Part shown: positions 26,143 to 36,501 of the stretch, piece by piece
Layout of the letters: every line of letters starts with the position of its first letter
Position numbering within the stretch: the stretch's first letter is position 1
From: a virus
Lineage: Duplodnaviria > Caudoviricetes
IMG/VR virus record: IMGVR_UViG_3300049982_000065
Span: 1-43,111 of that record
DNA length: 43,111 nucleotides
Strand: one strand, 5' to 3'
The notes under the pieces: model-generated
The model's input: only the letters and a program-made list of their open reading frames with translations
Told to the model about the DNA's origin: nothing
The model's database searches: none
Made by a program: the position numbers and the translations under genes

Positions 26143-26433
26143 ATGACTGTCAAGCCATTCCAACCGGTCGGCTCGCCACAATCGGTGCCATGGTCGGCAA
26201 CCTCGGTATCACTGTTCGGTGCCACGCCGGCCAGCGTCTACCGGTCCGTGTTCAACGACTGCGACAAGCCGTGCTACATCCTGTTCAACGGAACGCCGGC
26301 CAGTGCGGTCCTGTTCACGGTGAAGCTGGCCGCGGGTGCGTTCTTTCAGTTCCCGCTCCCGCTCTACACGAATCAGGTCAACATCATCTGGGATGCGGCC
26401 GGCACGGGAGCAGCACGAACAACGGAGTACTGA
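26143..26433 (+). CDS. Putative virion structural protein
   Basis: MTVKPFQ..., 96 aa, tightly packed. Confidence 0.55.
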   Translation: MTVKPFQPVGSPQSVPWSATSVSLFGATPASVYRSVFNDCDKPCYILFNGTPASAVLFTVKLAAGAFFQFPLPLYTNQVNIIWDAAGTGAARTTEY

Positions 26434-26511
26434 GGTCTTAGGTGCTAGGTGCGCATCCCGTGGGTACCCCATGAAGAATGTGCATCTAGTTTCCCGAGAA
26501 AGGAATCGATC

Positions 26512-26895
26512 ATGCCGAAGGTCAGCGCCAGTGGAGCAGCCACCGCGTACGGCCAGGAGGGTATCGTCCGCAACGCCGAGGGCGGGCTCTCCGAACTCGA
26601 CCCCTCGCGCAATCTGGACGGTACGCCCGTGGACGGTTTCACCTCGGACGAACGGGATCTGTCCGACGCCGAGGAGCGTCCCGAGCCCACCGCCACCACC
26701 GAGTTCCGTCCGAACGCCGAAGAGCAGGCGCGGATGGATGAGCAGCGCGAGAAGATCGAGCAGGCTCCAGTGGGTACCGAGGCACGCGAGGGGCTCGGCC
26801 AGGAGGGGCGCACGGAAGAGGGTGAGCAGTCATCGCGTGGGAGCAGCTCCGCGACATCTACCGGGAAAGCCGGCAAGAGCGTGACCAAGAAGTAA
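26512..26895 (+). CDS. Acidic low-complexity protein
   Basis: MPKVSASGAAT..., AAGGA RBS. Confidence 0.6.
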   Translation: MPKVSASGAATAYGQEGIVRNAEGGLSELDPSRNLDGTPVDGFTSDERDLSDAEERPEPTATTEFRPNAEEQARMDEQREKIEQAPVGTEAREGLGQEGRTEEGEQSSRGSSSATSTGKAGKSVTKK

Positions 26896-27114
26896 GGCAG
26901 GATCCTCTAGCCTGCCCGCAGTGTGGAGAGCCGCTCGTGCGTAACGGTCGACTCGACCAATTGGGTTGCCCCAACGACGGGTGGCGTGACGTATCATCCT
27001 GATCAACCGGCCCGCGGTAGCCGCTTGTCACAAACTGCCCACCGCGGGCCGGCCCAAAACTGAAGATCATCCCAACCGCGGACCGAGGTCCGTAGGCCAG
27101 AATGCGAGGCAACG

Positions 27115-28158
27115 GTGGGAGCCTGGTACACCACGCGCGAGCGCGTCATGGCCTCGCCCGACATCCGCGTGACCGCGTACGCGGCGCCACGGATCGATGC
27201 TGCGATCGAGGCATCCTCTCGCAACGTCGATCGACTTTGTCACGTGGTGGACAACGGATTCGTCCCGGTTACCGGCTCCCGCTCATTTCCCTACCCAAAC
27301 ACTCAGAACGCGGACAGCGGCCGGCTATGGCTCGACCAGCACCGACTGATCTCGCTTAACTCGATGACCAGTGGCGGAGTCACCGTCCCGGTCCCTGGCA
27401 ACGTGTTCCTCGAGCCGGTCAACTCCGGTCCGCCGTACACCTACATCGAGATCAACCGGGCCACCTCCTCCGCCCTGGCCGCCGGATCGGGGACCGGGCA
27501 ACGTGCGCTCGTGCTGACCGGAGTGTGGGGTAACCGCGCCGATGAGGCAGCGGCCGGCACCATTACCACCTCGCCCAATACGAGCGTCACCACCATCTCC
27601 GTAGACTTCGCCGCGGAGGTGGGTGACCTTCTGCGCGTGGACACCGAGCGCATGCAGGTGATCGAGAAGGCGTGGGCGTCCAGCGCGCAGACCGGCTCGC
27701 TGACCGCTGCGCTCAACGATCAGTCCCTTACGGTGGCCAATGGTGCCCTGTTCGTGGCCGGGGAGGAGCTGCTCCTGGACGCCGAGCGGGTCAAGATCCG
27801 GGATATTGCCGGCAACAACCTGATCGTACAGCGCGCCTGGTCTGGGTCCCTCCTGGCCGCCCACACCGCCGTCACCGTGTTCTGGGCCCGCTCCCTGACG
27901 GTGACCCGCGGGGCGTTCGGTACCACCGCAGCGGCTCACTCGTCGGGCGCCACGGTGGCCAGGCACCTGGTCCCCGGCCCGGTGGAAGAGCTGTCCCGGG
28001 CGTACGCGCTGGACACCTTCTACCAGCAGGGTGCTGGCTACGCGCGGGCAGTAGGTACGCAGGACGCACAGCGTCAGGCCACCGGCCGCGCGATTGCTGA
28101 TCTTGAGCAACGGGTGTACGGGAACTACGGTCGCATGGCTCGGGCTCGGGCGGTGTGA
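27115..28158 (+). CDS. Head-tail adaptor-like protein with inserted beta domains
   Basis: WYTTRERV..IEASSRNVDRLC..F N-terminus, LTGVWG, VPGPVEEL; position in the head-tail region. Confidence 0.7.
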   Translation: MGAWYTTRERVMASPDIRVTAYAAPRIDAAIEASSRNVDRLCHVVDNGFVPVTGSRSFPYPNTQNADSGRLWLDQHRLISLNSMTSGGVTVPVPGNVFLEPVNSGPPYTYIEINRATSSALAAGSGTGQRALVLTGVWGNRADEAAAGTITTSPNTSVTTISVDFAAEVGDLLRVDTERMQVIEKAWASSAQTGSLTAALNDQSLTVANGALFVAGEELLLDAERVKIRDIAGNNLIVQRAWSGSLLAAHTAVTVFWARSLTVTRGAFGTTAAAHSSGATVARHLVPGPVEELSRAYALDTFYQQGAGYARAVGTQDAQRQATGRAIADLEQRVYGNYGRMARARAV

Positions 28159-28541
28159 CGATGGCAAGCATAAGGGTCGATGCATCCGGACCGTTGTTCG
28201 ACGGGCGAGCCGAGAAGGTCATGCAAGACATGACCGACGAGTGGGCGGAAACGCTTGCCGATGTCGGTGCATCGATGGTACGTAACAACCTGCATGTAGT
28301 GCTTCGCAATGAGACGCCGTTTTACCGTACGCGAGTCGAGGCGCAACCTGATCCGCCCGGTTGGAAGATCACCGATAATGGCGTGATCTACGGGCATTGG
28401 TTGGAGGGTACCGGCTCGCGTAACCGCACTACCCGATTCAAAGGGTATGCGACGTTCCGGCGCACCACTCAACAGATCGAGGCTCGTGCCGTAGCGATCG
28501 GCCAAGGCGTAGTGGCGCGGTTCATGGGTCGGCTTCGATGA
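28155..28541 (+). CDS. Neck/tail completion protein (HK97 gp10-like)
   Basis: VIYGHWLEGTG motif and position. Confidence 0.55.
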   Translation: MTMASIRVDASGPLFDGRAEKVMQDMTDEWAETLADVGASMVRNNLHVVLRNETPFYRTRVEAQPDPPGWKITDNGVIYGHWLEGTGSRNRTTRFKGYATFRRTTQQIEARAVAIGQGVVARFMGRLR

Positions 28542-28993
28542 GCATTGATACACGGCAGGCATTTGCCACGTTGACCGGCTACGCCGCGCGATCGGGATAC
28601 TTCGACTCGGTAAACGGGCATGAGCCGAAAGCTGCGCCGGGTAACGGCGTGAGCGCATCGTTCTGGGTGAACGATCTACGCACCATTCAGTCGTCCGGCT
28701 TGGCGAGTGTGAGCGTGCGCCTGGAGTTCGCCTGCCGTATCGCCATGAACATGATGACCGAACCTCAGGACGACATTGACCCATCGGTCATGGATGCCAC
28801 AGACTCAATGTTCCTGGCGTTGTGCGGTGACTTCGACTTCGGTTCGCAAGCTCGCTACATCGATCTACTCGGCAGTGACGGCGAACCGTTGCGTGCGCAA
28901 GCCGGTTACGTCGATCAGGACAGTAAGAAGTTTCGAGTCATGGTCATCTTCATTCCGATCTTAATCAATGACGCGTATGTGATGGTGAGCTGA
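28538..28993 (+). CDS. Putative tail terminator
   Basis: 151 aa acidic protein before the tail tube genes. Confidence 0.55.
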   Translation: MSIDTRQAFATLTGYAARSGYFDSVNGHEPKAAPGNGVSASFWVNDLRTIQSSGLASVSVRLEFACRIAMNMMTEPQDDIDPSVMDATDSMFLALCGDFDFGSQARYIDLLGSDGEPLRAQAGYVDQDSKKFRVMVIFIPILINDAYVMVS

Positions 28994-28995
28994 TC

Positions 28996-29736
28996 ATGGC
29001 AAAACAGGGTGGCATGGGTGATCACTTTTATGTCGGCTCGAATGCGCTCGGTGGGGACATTGGCGCACTGTCCAACGTGCATGGTGGGCCGAATCTCCAG
29101 GAAGTTACCGGGATCACGTTCAGTGCGCCGGAGCGGATCGGATTGCTGCGAGACGGTGGCGCCAGCGGTGCCGTGTGGTACAACCCGACACGTGCACATC
29201 TCGCGCTAAAGACGCTACCGACAACCGATCAGATCTGCACGTACGGCATCGGTCAGTTGGTCGGCAATCCTGCGCAATCTTGTATTGCCAAGCAGATCAA
29301 CTACGATGGCACTCGTGCGGCGGATGGCTCGATATCGTATGCGGTTGACTGGCAGTCGAGTGCCGGTACGGGCGCCGAGTGGGGACAACAGGCCACAGAT
29401 GGGATCCGCACCGATACCACCGCCACCTCCCCGGCCACCGGTTTCGACCGGACGGCAACATACGCGACCACCGCATTCGGCTTGTCGAGTTATCTGCACG
29501 TGTTCGCCTTCACCGGCACGAGCGTGACGTTCACCGTTCAGGACAGCGCAAATAACTCCGCTTTTACCACCGTGGCTGGAGCAGTACATACGGTGGTGAC
29601 CGGACCCACCGCAGAGCGAATCACGATCGGACTGACCGCCACGGTGCGCCGATACATCAGGGTCATCACGACTGGCACGTTCTCCAATGTTCAGTTCATG
29701 GTCAACGTGGTGCCGTATGAAATCGCGCAGCAGTGA
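28996..29736 (+). CDS. Tail tube-like protein 1 with C-terminal beta-sandwich extension
   Basis: Similar to 30189..30593 (MAKQGGMG, VTG....ERI.LL.D). Confidence 0.6.
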   Translation: MAKQGGMGDHFYVGSNALGGDIGALSNVHGGPNLQEVTGITFSAPERIGLLRDGGASGAVWYNPTRAHLALKTLPTTDQICTYGIGQLVGNPAQSCIAKQINYDGTRAADGSISYAVDWQSSAGTGAEWGQQATDGIRTDTTATSPATGFDRTATYATTAFGLSSYLHVFAFTGTSVTFTVQDSANNSAFTTVAGAVHTVVTGPTAERITIGLTATVRRYIRVITTGTFSNVQFMVNVVPYEIAQQ

Positions 29737-30185
29737 TGGTCGGCCGAGAAGTCTTCCGCGTACCGCCCGTCCTGCCCGCGCAAGCAATGGCAACTTACGA
29801 CCTTTCTGCGCCTGCGGCCACTCACCGCCGTAAGGCAAGCTGTCAAGAGGTCGAGTGCGAAGCGCGGCGTGATGGATGGACAACCACCGTAGATGTGAGT
29901 ACCGTCCTCGGCGCACAACAAGCCAACTACATCCGGCTCCACTCTGGTCGATCGTTCACTGTGGCCGAAGCTGGCACATTAGTGACGTTCACGTTTTATG
30001 CCGGCCAGGAGTGTTTCGCGCAGCACACCGTGCCGCTCTATCGTCCGCCGATTCTGACGGTGCGTGGTGGTGATTGGCGAGGTAATCCGACCGGCATGCG
30101 TCGCGTCCATACTCGTCCCGAGGATTGGATTGACGACATGCAAACGACGCTCGGTCACGTGGCCGATCAAGTAGAGAAAGGCTAG
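29733..30185 (+). CDS. Hypothetical protein in tail module
   Basis: 150 aa, overlapping start. Confidence 0.65.
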   Translation: MMVGREVFRVPPVLPAQAMATYDLSAPAATHRRKASCQEVECEARRDGWTTTVDVSTVLGAQQANYIRLHSGRSFTVAEAGTLVTFTFYAGQECFAQHTVPLYRPPILTVRGGDWRGNPTGMRRVHTRPEDWIDDMQTTLGHVADQVEKG

Positions 30186-30188
30186 ATC

Positions 30189-30593
30189 ATGGCTAAGCAG
30201 GGCGGCATGGGATATGCGGTCACCATGGACGACGGTGCCGCATCTCCTCAGGTCATCTCCAACGACGTGACCAACTTCCAGTTCTCCACTCCCCGCGGTG
30301 TGCAGGACGTGACCGGCGTGGACAAGAGCGCCATCGAGCGCATCCTCCTCCTGGCCGACTTCTCCGGCACACTGAACGGAGTACACAACAACGCAGCCAA
30401 CCGGCAGCACGCCGTCATGAAGACGATCAGCAGTACCTCCATTCTCCGTACGCTCACTCTGGCCGTGTCGAGCCAGACGTTGGCCAACGAGTGCGTGTTC
30501 TCCGACTACGCGCTCACCCGTGCGCAGGACGGGTCGCTCACCTACTCCACTCCGTTCGCACTCGGAGACGGCGCTGTCCCCACGTGGTCCTGA
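30189..30593 (+). CDS. Major tail tube protein
   Basis: 134 aa ending DGAVPTWS, immediately before the chaperone and tape measure. Confidence 0.65.
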   Translation: MAKQGGMGYAVTMDDGAASPQVISNDVTNFQFSTPRGVQDVTGVDKSAIERILLLADFSGTLNGVHNNAANRQHAVMKTISSTSILRTLTLAVSSQTLANECVFSDYALTRAQDGSLTYSTPFALGDGAVPTWS

Positions 30594-30991
30594 TGGGTAA
30601 GCGACTGGAGCGCCGTACGTATGTCTTGGAGTTCGGTGCCGGCACATACCTAGAAGGCGCGGAGATTCGGATTCGTTCCACCCCGATCGATGTGGTGGAA
30701 CGACTGGAGGAACTCCGGTACATCGACGCGATCCCGCTTTTCCTGGAGTATCTGGAAGAGTGGAATCTGGAAGATGCGAACGGCGAGCCGATCAAGCGGA
30801 CGGAGGAAGCGGTCAGGGCAGCACTGGAGCTACCCGTCCTGAAGCTGATCGTTGCTCAGTGGATCAACGCGGCAGTCGGTGTCACCGCCCCTTTGGATCC
30901 GCCATTCAGCGATGGGCCGCTGTCACTGAATACGGACGACATGGAGCGGTCGATGCCGATGGAACTCCTGTCACCAAGCCCGGAGAACTAA
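30593..30991 (+). CDS. Tail assembly chaperone (G)
   Basis: LEEWNLEDANGEPI motif; position before the tape measure. Confidence 0.75.
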   Translation: MGKRLERRTYVLEFGAGTYLEGAEIRIRSTPIDVVERLEELRYIDAIPLFLEYLEEWNLEDANGEPIKRTEEAVRAALELPVLKLIVAQWINAAVGVTAPLDPPFSDGPLSLNTDDMERSMPMELLSPSPEN

Positions 30992-31143
30992 TTCGAGCAG
31001 AGATGATTCTCGGCGTATTGGAGCGATTCGGCGGATACACGTTGACTTCCCTTCTGGCTGAGGACAGCGAGTTACTTCGATTGCTCGCAATTGAGAGCAT
31101 GGGAACCGAGCCACGGGGGGAGGTGAATGACGATGAGCAATGA
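30889..31143 (+). CDS. Frameshifted chaperone extension (GT), -1 slip at C CCT TTG
   Basis: X XXY YYZ heptamer at 30889-30895 in the G frame; the -1 frame is open to 31143. Confidence 0.6.
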   Translation, partial: PFGSAIQRWAAVTEYGRHGAVDADGTPVTKPGELIRAEMILGVLERFGGYTLTSLLAEDSELLRLLAIESMGTEPRGEVNDDEQ

Positions 31144-33127
31144 TGTTCACATTAAGATCACTGCCGACAAGCCGGATGGTACCGGGATCAAGGATGTCAA
31201 CGATGATCTTGACGATCTGAAGAAAAAGTCTAAAGATACCATTCCGGTTATCGATGGATTGACAAAGTCTATCGGTAGTACCGGTAAGGAGATGACTGCC
31301 ACCGATCGTCAACTCGCCTCGCTTAATGATTCCATCGCCATTAGCAAAGACAAGCTAGAGGGTCTGGCTCGATCTTTCGCGGATACAAACGACAGTGCGC
31401 AGAAGATCGACATCAGTAAGGCAATGACTAAGGTTCAGAGCGATATCAGCGCTGCGACCAAAGCCAAGAAGATCATTGTTGATGCTGAACCCAAGATTCC
31501 TCCTGGCGCTCTGCGTGGACTTACCTCCGACTTGACCAGTACGGTAAAGCAAGCCGTTGCAATGTGGAAACCGCTTGTTGCCACCGGAGTTGCGGCTATC
31601 GCTCCGCTGCTCGGTTCTGCCATAGCCGGCGGGATAATTGGTGGCGCCGGTCTTGGTGGTGTGGTCGGCGGCTTCATGCTAGTTCAGGATGACCCGCGGG
31701 TCATCGGTGCATTCGGTGGTCTTGCCTCACGTGTCGGTGACCGGCTGAAGAATGCGGCTCAACCGTTCGTGGATACCACGGTCAGAGGTATTGCCACGGT
31801 AGAGACCTCCCTCAACCGGATCAACTTCGAGGGGATCTTCAAGAAGGCGGCCACCTTTGTGCAGCCACTCTCCGCCGCGCTTGGCCATGTGGCGGAAGAC
31901 CTTGGCTCTGGTTTCGGTAGTCTCGTCCAGGTGGCTGATCCGGTCATTCAGCGGATTAGTAAGGGACTAGCCGATATCGGCGGTGCGGCCAAGGATGGTA
32001 TGGAGTCGCTGACCGATAATGCCGACACGGCGGCAGATTCGCTCGGTGTGCTACTTGACACGGTGAAGACGACTACCACCGTGACATTCGGGTTGGTCAA
32101 CGGACTGACTGAGCTGAAAGCGAAGTTCGATGAGACTGCCGGTGGGGTCTTCGCGTTCGACTCCGGACTACGGATTCTCAATGCGATCTTCAATGACAAC
32201 AACGGCACGAAATGGGTCGATCCGGTTGACAACTTCAACAACGCCGTAGCCAATGGCACCACAACCGTAGATGCGTATGGCCAAGCGATCACCTCCGCGG
32301 GCGCATCGCTGGGCGAACTGGCCAGCCAGACTCTTGCCGCATCCAATGCCTCACTCTCGCTGTTCGATTCGGTGACCTCGGTTGGCGCGGCTGAAGATAA
32401 AGTCACCGAAACGATCAACAAGCATAACAACTCGTTGGACGCGACCACGAAGAAGGGTCGCGCCAATCGAGAGGCGCTGTCCGGTCTGGTTGGCGCGCTG
32501 AACCAGAATTATGATGCATACGTCAAGGTCAACGGGGCGGGCGAAGCAGCCGATGGAGTAGCAACCGCAAACTACAAGTCGTTCATGAATACCGCTCATG
32601 CCGCGGGAATTGGTGCAGATGCCGCGGCGGACTATGCCAAAAAGCTAGGGTTGATCCCGCCGAAGAAAGACACGAAGATCAACGCCAACACCCATGATGC
32701 CGCCGCACGTATCTCGGCACTACAGGGGCAAATCGATCGGTTGCGCGGCAAAACGGTGACCATCAGGACGGTCATCACGGGCGGCTCCCTGGCCGGCAGT
32801 GTTCACGTGTCGGGCGCTGGTGGTTCCGGCACTCAAGTCAAGGCGGCAGGCGGTATCAGCGGCTCGGCGAACGGGGCCAGCGCAAGCGGCCTCACGTGGG
32901 TAGGTGAGCAGGGTCCAGAGTTGCGCAGCCTGGAGCCGGGCACGCGGGTGTGGTCCGCTGGTGACTCGGCCAGGATGGCGAAGCAGGCAAGCGGAGACGA
33001 CGGACCGATGCAGGTGCTCGTGAAACTCGATCCTCGGCAGGATCCGTTTGTTCAGGCGTTGCTCAAGGCACTCAGGTTTGAGATCAACGGCCAGGGCGGC
33101 GACGTACAGACTGTATTGGGGACCTGA
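31133..33127 (+). CDS. Tape measure protein
   Basis: Long helical A/G/L-rich ORF; C-terminal AAGG...WVGEQGPE motif. Confidence 0.85.
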   Translation: MSNDVHIKITADKPDGTGIKDVNDDLDDLKKKSKDTIPVIDGLTKSIGSTGKEMTATDRQLASLNDSIAISKDKLEGLARSFADTNDSAQKIDISKAMTKVQSDISAATKAKKIIVDAEPKIPPGALRGLTSDLTSTVKQAVAMWKPLVATGVAAIAPLLGSAIAGGIIGGAGLGGVVGGFMLVQDDPRVIGAFGGLASRVGDRLKNAAQPFVDTTVRGIATVETSLNRINFEGIFKKAATFVQPLSAALGHVAEDLGSGFGSLVQVADPVIQRISKGLADIGGAAKDGMESLTDNADTAADSLGVLLDTVKTTTTVTFGLVNGLTELKAKFDETAGGVFAFDSGLRILNAIFNDNNGTKWVDPVDNFNNAVANGTTTVDAYGQAITSAGASLGELASQTLAASNASLSLFDSVTSVGAAEDKVTETINKHNNSLDATTKKGRANREALSGLVGALNQNYDAYVKVNGAGEAADGVATANYKSFMNTAHAAGIGADAAADYAKKLGLIPPKKDTKINANTHDAAARISALQGQIDRLRGKTVTIRTVITGGSLAGSVHVSGAGGSGTQVKAAGGISGSANGASASGLTWVGEQGPELRSLEPGTRVWSAGDSARMAKQASGDDGPMQVLVKLDPRQDPFVQALLKALRFEINGQGGDVQTVLGT

Positions 33128-35979
33128 TGGCGCGCCCGTTCCCACCTAAAACCGAGTTCTTTATCGATAGCACATGGGTGGATGCCACTTCTTCAGTGTT
33201 CGGTAAGAGCGGTGAGTCGGGATCAGTCTCCATCATGCACGGAATGAGTGAGCAGCAAAACAACATTTCTCCGGACTCGTGCACGTTCACGCTCCGGAAT
33301 GCAGATGGTAAATGGTCCAACCGTTATCCGCTCAGCCCATACTACGGAAAAATCCCTCGCTATACTCAGGTACGACAGAGTGTGCCGGGTGCCGGTGGAG
33401 ACATGGATCTCTATGCGCTACACGTTGAGCCTGATGATTCGGGACTGGCGTTCACCACCGACAAAGCGACACTTGACGTAGTTGGCGACATCGACATTCG
33501 TATCGAGTTGACCCCTGCATATGGATGGCGTGGTCCATCACCACAACAGGTGGCGGCGAAGTGGACGCCTGGAGCTACCTCCTGGTCGCTACGCGTACTT
33601 CAGACCGGCAGGATCGAATTTGCCACTTCGCAGACTGGAACGACTCTCGGTACCACCTACTTTTCTACGGCGATTCCCATCACTGCCACGCAACGACTTG
33701 CCTTGCGCGTGACATTGGATGTAGACCTCGGAGGCACGCAGAAGGTCATGACGTTCTATACGTCTGACTCCATTACCGGAACGTGGACGATACTTGGCAC
33801 TGCACAGACGACAGCCGGTACCACTTCCATCGCCTCCACTTCCTCCCAGGTTGAAGTGGGAAGTGGTAACGATGGAGGCTCGGTATTCGCCGGAGGTACA
33901 TCATACGTCGGTAAGGTGCACGGATTCGAGATGTATAGCGGGATAGCCGGCACAAAGGTTGCCGACTACAAGCCGAACCGTACCGGCAATGTCGTGGGAT
34001 CGACCACATGGGCAGACACGTGTGCCACTCCGAACACCTGGAGTGTGGTCACAAAGACTCGTATCACGTCGGATCGGATTCGGTTCGTCGGTGAGATGGC
34101 TAACCTCCCGCTCACATGGGATACAACGAAGCGTGATGTGGCACTTTCGGTGCAGGCATATACTGCATTCCGTCGACTGTCTAAGGGTGGTCAACCGCTT
34201 CACTCACCGATTTATCGGAACCTGATCTCGCAAGTCGGAACCAACCTCTACTTCCCGATGGAAGACGGTAGCGACACTCTTGCCCCGCAAGCCGTGGTAG
34301 GTAGCGGACCATACGTGCATTACAGTTCGATCAACTTCTCGGGTAGCACACCTGACGGTTTCCCCGGCAGTGCTGGCGCAGTCACGCTGGCTGGAGCAAA
34401 TGCCTATCTCCAGGTGTCCACTGCTGGCCGAACCGGAACGGGTACCGCACGTGCCGTGTTCTACTTCAAGTTAACGGCCGTACCGACACCATCGGCTGCA
34501 TGGCCGCTATTCGAGATACGCGGCCAGGGGACTATTGGTAGTGTCGTGTGGGCGGTCGCTAATGACGGATACGCTATTGATCTCCAGAGTGCCGGCGGTA
34601 CATCGCTTGCCAGTGGTACCACACTGTTCGGAGCTGGAGCCTCTCCACTTAACTCGTGGGTAGGTGTTGAGATCGAACTCGTGCAATCCGGACCCAATAT
34701 CAACTGGTCGGTGCTATGGCACGGTGTGACCACCGAAGTCTTCTACATCATGAGCGGCAGCATCGCCGGCTCGGTCGGACGTTTCAATTGGATGCGCGGA
34801 GACGTCTCGACCAACGCGGCTTTTGCCAACATGCAGAGTGCGCATTGGTTGTGCACCACAGGATCATTGGACCTTACGGCGCTTGCGCAAGCTGAAAACG
34901 CCTTCTTGGACGAGATGGCCGGAGACCGTATACGTCGTCTCGGTGCCGAAGAGAACATGCAAGTCAACGTCTATGGTCAAATCAACAACGTGATCAACTC
35001 CGCGCCGATGGGGTATCAGCGTATCGCCTCAGTGCTCGATCTGTTCACCGACTGTGCGAAGGTCGATGGTGGAGTATTCGGGGAGGCTCGCGACCGGTTG
35101 GGCTTCGTCTACTATTGCGCTTCGTTCCTCGGTAATCGACGCGGGTTGGTGCTGAGTGAGTCTTCCTCGCATCTCTCCGCGCAACCAATCGTGCCGGACG
35201 ACGATCGATACCTGATCAACGACTACACCGCTACGCGGACCGGTGGTGGGTCGGCCAGGACGGTGGCCGCGGACGGCACCTACGGGCCCAATAACATTCT
35301 CGATCCCCCCGCGGGCGTGGGACGAGTGCCCGGCGGTGACACGTTCAACGCGGCCACCGACGATCAGGTGCAGGGCATCAGTCAGTATCAAGTGTTCTGG
35401 CGGACGTGGGACGAGTCGCGGATCCCGAACCTCTCAGTAGGGTTGCATCGAAGTGCACTGACCAGCAACCAGGCGCTCACTCGTCAGGTGCTTGACGCCT
35501 ACCTCGCCTCGCCTGTCAAGCTCCAGGACCTACTAACAATCGCGTCGTTTGATGCTTTGAACATGAGCATCATTGGATACACCGAGACTTATGATGGATT
35601 CCTGTGGACGATCATCTTCAACACGATTCCGCAGGGCCCGAACAATATACCGCGCGCCGAGATCGAAGGTCCGGACGATCGGATCCCACGGGCCGGTGAC
35701 AGCAACTCCGTGCTGAACGCGGACATCACTAGTACCGCCAATACCTTTGTGATCAACACGTTGATCGGAGCCAAGTGGATTGTGGGTAGTTCGGCTCCCG
35801 ACTTCCCGATCTACGTGATGATGGGTGGAGAGCTGATGAGCGTGGGTCAGATTGGCGCTCCGGCCGGAGCGTTGCAGACAGCATCCAATGTCACCCGCTC
35901 AGTGAATGGTGTTGTCAAAGCACAGACCGCCAGTACTCCCGTTGAAGTTCGCGACGCTGTCAATCTAGGGTTGGTCTGA
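33127..35979 (+). CDS. Large minor tail/baseplate hub protein with LamG-like inserts
   Basis: FTLRNADGKWS..YPLSPYYG N-terminus, YFPMEDG, beta-rich; follows the tape measure. Confidence 0.8.
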   Translation: MARPFPPKTEFFIDSTWVDATSSVFGKSGESGSVSIMHGMSEQQNNISPDSCTFTLRNADGKWSNRYPLSPYYGKIPRYTQVRQSVPGAGGDMDLYALHVEPDDSGLAFTTDKATLDVVGDIDIRIELTPAYGWRGPSPQQVAAKWTPGATSWSLRVLQTGRIEFATSQTGTTLGTTYFSTAIPITATQRLALRVTLDVDLGGTQKVMTFYTSDSITGTWTILGTAQTTAGTTSIASTSSQVEVGSGNDGGSVFAGGTSYVGKVHGFEMYSGIAGTKVADYKPNRTGNVVGSTTWADTCATPNTWSVVTKTRITSDRIRFVGEMANLPLTWDTTKRDVALSVQAYTAFRRLSKGGQPLHSPIYRNLISQVGTNLYFPMEDGSDTLAPQAVVGSGPYVHYSSINFSGSTPDGFPGSAGAVTLAGANAYLQVSTAGRTGTGTARAVFYFKLTAVPTPSAAWPLFEIRGQGTIGSVVWAVANDGYAIDLQSAGGTSLASGTTLFGAGASPLNSWVGVEIELVQSGPNINWSVLWHGVTTEVFYIMSGSIAGSVGRFNWMRGDVSTNAAFANMQSAHWLCTTGSLDLTALAQAENAFLDEMAGDRIRRLGAEENMQVNVYGQINNVINSAPMGYQRIASVLDLFTDCAKVDGGVFGEARDRLGFVYYCASFLGNRRGLVLSESSSHLSAQPIVPDDDRYLINDYTATRTGGGSARTVAADGTYGPNNILDPPAGVGRVPGGDTFNAATDDQVQGISQYQVFWRTWDESRIPNLSVGLHRSALTSNQALTRQVLDAYLASPVKLQDLLTIASFDALNMSIIGYTETYDGFLWTIIFNTIPQGPNNIPRAEIEGPDDRIPRAGDSNSVLNADITSTANTFVINTLIGAKWIVGSSAPDFPIYVMMGGELMSVGQIGAPAGALQTASNVTRSVNGVVKAQTASTPVEVRDAVNLGLV

Positions 35980-35980
35980 C

Positions 35981-36493
35981 ATGACATATCCGGTCCCCGC
36001 GGTCGGTACACGCCTTACCGCAGACTTCCTCACCAGCATGCTGGAGATTTCGGTACGCAAGGCCGGCAGTACATCACGCGCTTCCACGACGGTTACCACC
36101 GCCGATCCGGAACTCGTGCTAACGGTGGAAGCGAACGCGATCTACTCGTTTGTCTGTGGATTTTGGTTTACCGCGTTGACTGGCGCTAGCTCCGGCGGTA
36201 TTTCGGTAACCATGACTGGGCCCGTGGGTGCTACTGGTGATTTCGCCATCTCCGGTAAGGACACCACGACAAGCGTCGGTAACAACAATGATCAGCAGTT
36301 TTACGCTGCGCTTGCGTCGAACTTTAACCTCGGTTCGATCGTGACCAACCCGAACGGGACGATAATGGTCGGCACAGTGGCTATCGGCGCAACGTCTGGA
36401 AGCCTGACATTTACGTGGGCGCAACGTACATCGAGCGCCACAGCTACCGTGCTGCTATCAGGCAGTTACATGCAGATCAAGCGAATCGGATAG
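35981..36493 (+). CDS. Minor tail / receptor-binding protein
   Basis: GTRLTADFL N-terminus, T/S/G-rich beta C-terminus. Confidence 0.65.
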   Translation: MTYPVPAVGTRLTADFLTSMLEISVRKAGSTSRASTTVTTADPELVLTVEANAIYSFVCGFWFTALTGASSGGISVTMTGPVGATGDFAISGKDTTTSVGNNNDQQFYAALASNFNLGSIVTNPNGTIMVGTVAIGATSGSLTFTWAQRTSSATATVLLSGSYMQIKRIG

Positions 36494-36501
36494 GAGGCAG
36501 A

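Noticed and set aside
33127-36493. Diversity-generating retroelement targeting tail genes
   Set aside because: No reverse transcriptase and no TR/VR repeat pair seen
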